Source of the DNA: Nostoc sp. PCC 7120 = FACHB-418
GTDB lineage: Bacteria > Cyanobacteriota > Cyanobacteriia > Cyanobacteriales > Nostocaceae
Length of the DNA stretch: 32,000 nucleotides
Reading direction: 5' to 3'
Assembly (NCBI RefSeq): GCF_000009705.1
Contig: NC_003272.1
Location: 2,640,001 to 2,672,000 of the forward strand
The position numbers were made by a program, and so were the translations under genes. Under the pieces are notes generated by a model. That model worked only from the letters and a program-made list of their open reading frames with translations, was not told the origin of the DNA and searched no databases. The first letter of the stretch is position 1; every line of letters starts with the position of its first letter. This document shows, one piece after another, positions 25,886-31,096 of this stretch.

Positions 25886-27133
25886 TTACACCTTACCAAC
25901 GGGAGAATTTTCTTTATTTAAATTTTGATTTCCTAAAGGCTGAGATTCTTTCAACGTAATATTTGAATCTGGCGATTGATTATTTACTTGTTGTTGTCTA
26001 ATCTTCCGCACTAGATTTAATTCGGATTGAAAGTCAATGTAGTGTGGAAGCTTGAGGTGTTGGACAAAACCTTGTGCTTCTACGTTGTCAGAGTGGGAAA
26101 GGACAAACTCGACACTTTGGGCTGGGCCTTGAATTGTTTCCCCTAATTCCTCAGCACGCATCGCTCTATCTACTAACGCCATTGACATGGCTTTACGTTC
26201 GTTGTAACCAAAGGTCAAACCATAGCCACGTGTAAATTGAGCAGGTAATTCTTTACTACCTTTAAACTGATTGACCATTTGCACCTCGGTAACAGTAATA
26301 TCTGCGATCGCTATTTCAAATCCCAATTCTTCTGGACAAATCACCACCTCTACTTCCCCCATGCGAATCTCACCCGCAAAAGGATGGTTTCTGCCATAGC
26401 CTCGCTGTGTAGAATAAGCCAGAGACAGTAAAAAACCCTCATCTGCACGCGCTAGATTTTGCAGTCTCGCATCCCGTCCCGCCGGAAAGGTCAACGGTTG
26501 GCGAGTGATGTCAAAGGGTTGTTGATGGTTGACTGTTGACTGTTGACTGTTGATGGTTGACTGGGAATTATTGCAAAATTCTTCCCCTGCACCCCTACAC
26601 CCCTGCACCCCTACACCCCCATACCCCTCTGCCTGCATCAATCCTTCCCGATCTAAAGTGTCAATTACACGGGGAACTGGTTCTGTAATTGCTTCTGCTT
26701 CTGGTGCTGTCGGAACTTGTCCTTCTGCTATTAACTTAAAGTCTAGTAGGCGGTGGATGTAGTCGAAGGTAGTCCCTAACCTTTGTCCTCCTGGCACATC
26801 TTTAAAAATGGCAGAAATGCGGCGCTGAATCTGCATTTTACTGGTGTCTAGAGGCTGGCTGTAGTAAAAACGGGGCAGTGTTGTACGATAGGCGCGTAAT
26901 AAGAAAATTGCTTCGACTAAATCACCCCAAGATTGTTTAATAGCTAGGGCTGCTAACTCTCTATCATATAAACTACCCTCACACATTACCCGTTCTACTG
27001 CTAGGGTAAGTTGTTGTTCAATCTGGTCTAAGGTCAATTCGGGAATTGCAGGATCACCTCTGCGTCGGCTTTGCAAGAGTGCTTCTGCATTTTGAATTGC
27101 CTGTTCACCACCTTTGACTGCAACGTATGGCAT
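25886..27133 (-). CDS. phnI: PhnI, C-P lyase core subunit (nucleosidase/ribosyl transferase) with in-frame repeat insertion
   Basis: MPYVAVKGGEQAI, EAIFLLRAYRTTL, RRISAIFKDVPGGQ, YSTQRGYGRNHPFAGEIR, FTRGYGL, HLKLPHYIDFQ are colinear with E. coli PhnI. Start moved to ATG 27133. The C-terminal ~35 residues are low-complexity. Confidence 0.92.
   Translation of the reverse strand: MPYVAVKGGEQAIQNAEALLQSRRRGDPAIPELTLDQIEQQLTLAVERVMCEGSLYDRELAALAIKQSWGDLVEAIFLLRAYRTTLPRFYYSQPLDTSKMQIQRRISAIFKDVPGGQRLGTTFDYIHRLLDFKLIAEGQVPTAPEAEAITEPVPRVIDTLDREGLMQAEGYGGVGVQGCRGAGEEFCNNSQSTINSQQSTVNHQQPFDITRQPLTFPAGRDARLQNLARADEGFLLSLAYSTQRGYGRNHPFAGEIRMGEVEVVICPEELGFEIAIADITVTEVQMVNQFKGSKELPAQFTRGYGLTFGYNERKAMSMALVDRAMRAEELGETIQGPAQSVEFVLSHSDNVEAQGFVQHLKLPHYIDFQSELNLVRKIRQQQVNNQSPDSNITLKESQPLGNQNLNKENSPVGKV
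26518..26565. repeat. STRR array H1 inside phnI
   Basis: GTTGATG GTTGACT x3 GTTGATG GTTGACT GGG. Encodes NSQSTINSQQSTVNHQQ. Confidence 0.9.
26584..26631. repeat. Tandem octamer CCCCTRCA x6 inside phnI
   Basis: CCCCTGCA CCCCTACA CCCCTGCA CCCCTACA CCCCCATA CCCCTCTG. Encodes GYGGVGVQGCRGAG. Confidence 0.9.
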
Positions 27134-27142
27134 ATATTTTTT

Positions 27143-27167
27143 GTTGATGGTTGACGGCTGACTGGGG
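27143..27167. repeat. Short STRR array I between the GNAT gene and phnI
   Basis: GTTGATG GTTGACG GCTGACT GGGG. The flank GGGGATTATCCAAAATT resembles GGGAATTATTGCAAAATT next to array H1. Confidence 0.8.
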
Positions 27168-27168
27168 A

Positions 27169-27630
27169 TTATCCAAAATTTTGGGTTGGTTGGAGTACGC
27201 ATTTAAAACTCCAGCCGTGCTGCTCGAAGCCTAGTGATTGATAGAATTGATGGGCGCGGCTACGTTTTAAATTGGAAGAGAGCATGACTTTATAGCACCC
27301 AGCATCAGCACTGAGTTTGAGCGCAGCTTTTACCATTTGGCTACCAATACCCTCTCCTCGCATTGAAGAAATTACTGTTACTGAATCTAGGACTGCAAAT
27401 TTGTGATATCCCCGGTGCATCATTGTTGGTGCATAGAGGAGACTAAAAGTGCCTACAGGTTGCTGATTTAAATAGGCAATATATGTGTGGTAATTGGGAA
27501 CTTGTGCGATTTCTGCGAAGATTTTTTCTAAATCATCGTTGGGTAAAGGTGGCTCACCATCCATGTCAGCATAGAGCTGATTTAATACAGACCAATCCTC
27601 ATGAGTAGCAATGCGAATCTCAAGAGCCAT
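27169..27630 (-). CDS. phnO: GNAT N-acetyltransferase, PhnO-like (aminoalkylphosphonate N-acetyltransferase type)
   Basis: GNAT motif A (VISSMRGEGIGSQMV). The tail LSSNLKRSRAHQFYQSLGFEQHGWSF resembles E. coli PhnO [26 protein letters not shown]. Start moved to ATG 27630 (MALEIRIA), overlapping the phnH end by 11 nt. Confidence 0.6.
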   Translation of the reverse strand: MALEIRIATHEDWSVLNQLYADMDGEPPLPNDDLEKIFAEIAQVPNYHTYIAYLNQQPVGTFSLLYAPTMMHRGYHKFAVLDSVTVISSMRGEGIGSQMVKAALKLSADAGCYKVMLSSNLKRSRAHQFYQSLGFEQHGWSFKCVLQPTQNFG

Positions 27631-28219
27631 AGTACACCTCTGGTTTAGCGGTGCGGGGTAATCCCATGACTGCATTTTCTGTAAATAAAAATACATCTAC
27701 GCCTTGTGGATAGGCTTGGTGATTCTGCATCCAGAAGTCCCAAAAATGGCTGGGAAGCTTAGGGGCGATCGCACGTTTATCTAAAATTCCTGGCCCTGTC
27801 AACATCACAGGTTGTCCCATCTCAAAACTTTCCACCTGTACTAACAATGTTGTTGAGGCTTCCGGTTTTTCTGCTGTCCCCCAGTTAAAAATAGATAATT
27901 CTGACAACATAGCCAAATCTTGAATTAAAGCAAAATTCGCTTCCTCTGGGTACTCAGTAAAACGACAGCCAGAATGGAACAACAGCCAATCTCTGACTTG
28001 AGCATGAAAACTCGGCTGTAGCCAGACCACAACATCCAAATCCAGCAACGTCAAACAAGCTGCCCCACAAGCAGGCGTTAAACCCGTAGGTACAGACATC
28101 TCAGCACTCATCTGATAAGGTGTTCCAGGTCGAGCATGAGCATCCAGCAACCCTCGAAACGTCCTCTGAGCATCATGAATCGGATCTTGTAAGCCAGGTA
28201 AAAAAGTCACTTTAGTCAT
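27620..28219 (-). CDS. phnH: PhnH, C-P lyase core subunit
   Basis: The N-terminus (DAQRTFRGLLDAHARPG) is colinear with E. coli PhnH (DAQHSFRRLLKAMSEPG). Position between phnG and phnI. Confidence 0.88.
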   Translation of the reverse strand: MTKVTFLPGLQDPIHDAQRTFRGLLDAHARPGTPYQMSAEMSVPTGLTPACGAACLTLLDLDVVVWLQPSFHAQVRDWLLFHSGCRFTEYPEEANFALIQDLAMLSELSIFNWGTAEKPEASTTLLVQVESFEMGQPVMLTGPGILDKRAIAPKLPSHFWDFWMQNHQAYPQGVDVFLFTENAVMGLPRTAKPEVYYGS

Positions 28220-28278
28220 TAGTCATTAGTCATTAGTCATCAGTCAACAGTCATCAGTCAACAGTCATCAGTCATCAG
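28212..28278. repeat. STRR array J (TTAGTCA x4, then TCAGTCA/ACAGTCA)
   Basis: Read directly. The phnH ATG (28217-28219) is the ATG of the last sense-strand unit. Confidence 0.95.
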
Positions 28279-28285
28279 ATATTTC

Positions 28286-28741
28286 CTATTCCCCCCTCAC
28301 CATCGTGAAGAAATTAACCTGAGTAGCTGCTGCTTGACGCTGCTTAAGTTCTTGCTGCTGTTGATATTCTGCTTGCAAGGGTTGAATTACTTCAGTCTGA
28401 ATCTGGTCATACCAATTTGGGGTTTGTAGTAACGCATCACAAACAGCCGCTAGTTCTGCATGACGGTGCGATCGCCCTGCGACATACCCAAATCCAGCTA
28501 ATGCGTCTTCTCCTTGACTCTCTAACTGCACGACACAGCGAGTCATGGTAATTTCTCCTAAATTAAATGCTTCTCCTGTACCCCCAGCAAGTCCTCGCAC
28601 CATTGCTAGACCAATCTCTGGACAGCGCAAAAAGCTATATTTGGGCAAAGTACCTAATTTGTTTACTAGTTTTTCTAATAGCTCTAACTCAGCTTTAGCT
28701 AATGTTGCCATCCATGCTTGTCGCTGCATCACAGTAGGCAT
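28286..28741 (-). CDS. phnG: PhnG, C-P lyase core subunit
   Basis: ~150 aa, RQAWMATLAKA N-terminus like E. coli PhnG (RQHWMSVLAHS). First gene of the G-M string, divergent from phnF. Confidence 0.85.
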   Translation of the reverse strand: MPTVMQRQAWMATLAKAELELLEKLVNKLGTLPKYSFLRCPEIGLAMVRGLAGGTGEAFNLGEITMTRCVVQLESQGEDALAGFGYVAGRSHRHAELAAVCDALLQTPNWYDQIQTEVIQPLQAEYQQQQELKQRQAAATQVNFFTMVRGE

Positions 28742-28782
28742 AAGTCAGTTTGCGGTATTTTGTTTTAAACTATTCTTAACTT

Positions 28783-28799
28783 GTCTAGACATCTAGATG
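28783..28799. promoter_or_regulatory. Candidate PhnF (GntR/HutC-type) operator
   Basis: GTCTAGAC (28783-28790) is a perfect palindrome matching the HutC-subfamily GTnTAnAC pattern. It overlaps a second palindrome, CATCTAGATG (28790-28799). Located 42-58 nt upstream of the phnG ATG. Confidence 0.45.
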
Positions 28800-28804
28800 A
28801 AAGT

Positions 28805-28833
28805 AGAATAACGCAATTCTCACAAGTTGACAA
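28805..28833 (-). promoter_or_regulatory. Candidate sigma70-type promoter for phnG-M
   Basis: Minus strand: TTGTCA (28833-28828), 17 nt spacer, TATTCT (28810-28805). The operator candidate lies just downstream. Confidence 0.3.
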
Positions 28834-28880
28834 TCTAATATTGATCAGATCATCTCACTCTTAAAAAGGGGATTTCACGT

Positions 28881-28927
28881 TAACAGTTAACCGTTCACAG
28901 TTAACAGTCATCAGTCAACAGTCATCC
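28881..28927. repeat. STRR array K in the phnG/phnF divergent region
   Basis: TAACAGT TAACCGT TCACAGT TAACAGT CATCAGT CAACAGT CATCC. Confidence 0.85.
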
Positions 28928-28976
28928 TGACTTTTCACGTTATGTGGAAAAGTTAACGCGAGACCTAACCCCCTAA

Positions 28977-29035
28977 CCCCCTTCCCTAGTAGGGAAGGGG
29001 GAAAAGTTAAAGCCTCTCTCCTTGTAGGGGAGAGG
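28977..29035. repeat. Pair of GC-rich hairpin repeats (Nostoc-type)
   Basis: CCCCCTTCCC-tagta-GGGAAGGGGG (28977-29001, 10-bp perfect stem) and CCTCTCTCC-ttgta-GGGGAGAGG (29013-29035). Confidence 0.8.
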
Positions 29036-29095
29036 TTTGGAGAGGGGTTTTCCAGATCCCGTCATCAGTCAACCCTATTTATTGATAATCGATAC

Positions 29096-29836
29096 ATGAA
29101 CGAAATAATGCCAATTTATGCCCAGATTGCTGACAAACTACGACAAAAGATTCATCAAGGGATTTATCAACTAGGGGAACAACTACCAACGGAAACCAAG
29201 TTAGCAGAACAGTTTGCAGTCAATCGCCATACCCTCAGACAAGCGATCGCTCTCCTGAAAACTGAAGGATTGTTACGAGTTGACCGAGGACGGGGGACTT
29301 TTGTCGCAGCCAAAACCATCCGCTATGCTATTGGTAAGCGTGTGCGTTATAACCAAACCCTGAAAGCGCAAGGGTTACAAGCAAGGTTTCAACTGCTACG
29401 GGTTTTAGAAGTACCTGCTGATGATGCTGTTGCGAAAGGATTAGAGATTTCTTTTGGTGAGCCAGTAGCGTTAATTGAACGTTTAGGTTTAGCAGATGAA
29501 GAACCCATTAGTGTGGGTAGTGGATATTTTCCCCTCAAGCGATTCCCTGATTTTTTAGAACCGGAAAATATCAAGATTTTGCAAGAACAGCAATCAATTT
29601 CTCAGTTTTTACAGCAGGTATATGGATGTGATCATATCCGCCGTAGTACCTGCGTTTCGGCTCGTCTAGTCCAACCTCAAGATGCAAAATGGCTACAAAT
29701 ACCACTCAATCAACCCATCTTGTTAGCAGAATCAGTCAACGTTGATCAAGCAGGTAATGTGATTGAATATGGCGTAACTCGACTGCGAGGCGATCGTATG
29801 GAGTTATTTTTTGAAAATAATTTATTTGATGATTGA
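29096..29836 (+). CDS. phnF: PhnF, GntR-family (HutC/UTRA) phosphonate regulator
   Basis: N-terminal wHTH (LPTETKLAEQFAVNRHTLRQAIALLKTEGLLRVDRGRGTFV), C-terminal UTRA-like domain. Divergent to phnG. The stop TGA is the first unit of array L. Confidence 0.85.
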   Translation: MNEIMPIYAQIADKLRQKIHQGIYQLGEQLPTETKLAEQFAVNRHTLRQAIALLKTEGLLRVDRGRGTFVAAKTIRYAIGKRVRYNQTLKAQGLQARFQLLRVLEVPADDAVAKGLEISFGEPVALIERLGLADEEPISVGSGYFPLKRFPDFLEPENIKILQEQQSISQFLQQVYGCDHIRRSTCVSARLVQPQDAKWLQIPLNQPILLAESVNVDQAGNVIEYGVTRLRGDRMELFFENNLFDD

Positions 29837-29868
29837 TGACTGATGACTGGTGACTGGTGACTGATAAC
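29833..29868. repeat. STRR array L (TTGATGA CTGATGA CTGGTGA x2 CTGATAA)
   Basis: Read directly. Confidence 0.9.
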
Positions 29869-29871
29869 TAT

Positions 29872-30197
29872 GGTCGTTATAATTTACAGGATAATCAAAG
29901 ATTTATAAAAATTGCTAGAGGTTCTTTAAACGAAAGAAGACATTGGTTAAGACTTGCTTATAGCAATTCCTAGTTAAGTGAGGTACATAACTAATTTTTT
30001 TAAACGCAGAGGGGCGCAAAGGAAAACGCAGAGGGACGCGGAGATTACTCAGTACTTCAGCAGGTTAGGAAACGCTATATAAACGAAAACTTTTGACTCA
30101 AGAACAAATAGATAAGATTAAACCAATGATTAATGAATTATCACCTAAATTAAACGCTTATCTTAACTCCCGCAAAAAAAAGTCAGATAATATTTAA
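29872..30197 (+). pseudogene. 5'-truncated four-helix-bundle protein gene (23S rRNA intervening-sequence protein family), split by a MITE
   Basis: GRYNLQDNQRFIKIARGSLNERRHWLRLAYS (29872-29964) and KRKLLTQEQIDKIKPMINELSPKLNAYLNSRKKKSDNI* (30081-30197) are the contiguous C-terminal two helices of this family. The N-terminal half is missing. Confidence 0.7.
29967..30071. mobile_element. ~105-bp MITE-like insertion
   Basis: Imperfect ~20-bp terminal inverted repeats: TTCCTAGTTAAGTGAGGTAC (29967-29986) versus the complement of GTACTTCAGCAGGTTAGGAA (30052-30071). Internal CGCAGAGG-type repeats. It interrupts an otherwise continuous reading frame. Confidence 0.55.
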
Positions 30198-30246
30198 CAG
30201 TCACCTGTCAACAGTCAACAGTCAACTATCAACCGTCAACCATCAC
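30195..30246. repeat. STRR array M (CAACAGT/CAACCGT type), inverted relative to array L
   Basis: TAACAGT CACCTGT CAACAGT CAACAGT CAACTAT CAACCGT CAACCAT. It abuts the phnE stop. Confidence 0.9.
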
Positions 30247-30247
30247 A

Positions 30248-31072
30248 CTAAATAAACCACTCTCTAACCTTCGCCGAAAGTAAATCAATAACACCAGTAG
30301 TCACAACCAAAATAATGAGAATTGCACAGACTTTTTGGTATTCAAATGACCCAAAACTCTGATATAAGGAAACTCCGATACCACCAGCCCCGACTATTCC
30401 TAATACAGAAGCAGAACGCACATTTGATTCAAATCGATAGAGAGTGAAAGAAGTCCACAAAGGCATTACTTGGGGAATTACGCCATAAATAACTTCTTGA
30501 ATATGACTTGCACCAGTGGCTCTAATTCCTTCTACTGGGCCTGATTCAATTGATTCTACCGCTTCAGAGAATAGCTTACCCAAAATGCCTGTGGTATGAA
30601 CAAATAAAGCTAATACGCCAGCAAACGGCCCTAACCCTACAGCAACTACAAATATTAATGCAAAAACGATTTCATTAATAGCACGCATAGCATCCAAGAG
30701 GCGGCGTGTTGGTTGTACAACCCATACTGGACACATATTATTAGATGCTAAGATAGATAGAGGGACAGCTGCGATCGCCGCCATTAAAGTTCCCCAAATT
30801 CCCATCGATATAGTGATTAGCGTTTCTGAAAAATAATATCTCCAATCGCTAAAGTCTGGCGGGAAATATGAACGCATATATTCCGCCATGTTGTCTCCCC
30901 GTTGCAGCAGTACAGGGAAATTTAACTCGCTTTGGTTATAGGCAAAAATCAATATAGCAGCAATCACTAAAAGAAACAAAACTTTTTTGGTATTCACAAG
31001 TTTTGCTTCTTGCTCTAACATTGCTACTACGCTAGGTGACAAGTTACTAATTAGCTGATGTTGCGATTGCAC
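30248..31072 (-). CDS. phnE: PhnE, phosphonate ABC transporter permease
   Basis: ~270-aa polytopic permease with an EAA-like loop (IRATGASHIQEVIYGVIPQV). Lies directly downstream of phnD. Confidence 0.88.
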   Translation of the reverse strand: MQSQHQLISNLSPSVVAMLEQEAKLVNTKKVLFLLVIAAILIFAYNQSELNFPVLLQRGDNMAEYMRSYFPPDFSDWRYYFSETLITISMGIWGTLMAAIAAVPLSILASNNMCPVWVVQPTRRLLDAMRAINEIVFALIFVVAVGLGPFAGVLALFVHTTGILGKLFSEAVESIESGPVEGIRATGASHIQEVIYGVIPQVMPLWTSFTLYRFESNVRSASVLGIVGAGGIGVSLYQSFGSFEYQKVCAILIILVVTTGVIDLLSAKVREWFI

Positions 31073-31096
31073 TTTTTTATACCTATAAATGTAAAT

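Noticed and set aside
28742-29095. PhoB/SphR Pho boxes (CTTAACCT-like 8-mers phased at 11 bp) in the phnG/phnF divergent region
   Set aside because: CTTAACTT occurs once (28775-28782), but the neighbours at +/-11 bp do not match. The other TTAAC cores belong to heptamer repeats with 7/14-bp spacing.
19385-30246. Tandem repeat arrays as CRISPR loci
   Set aside because: The units are 7-8 nt and directly tandem with no spacers. No cas genes are present. They match STRR-type repeats instead.
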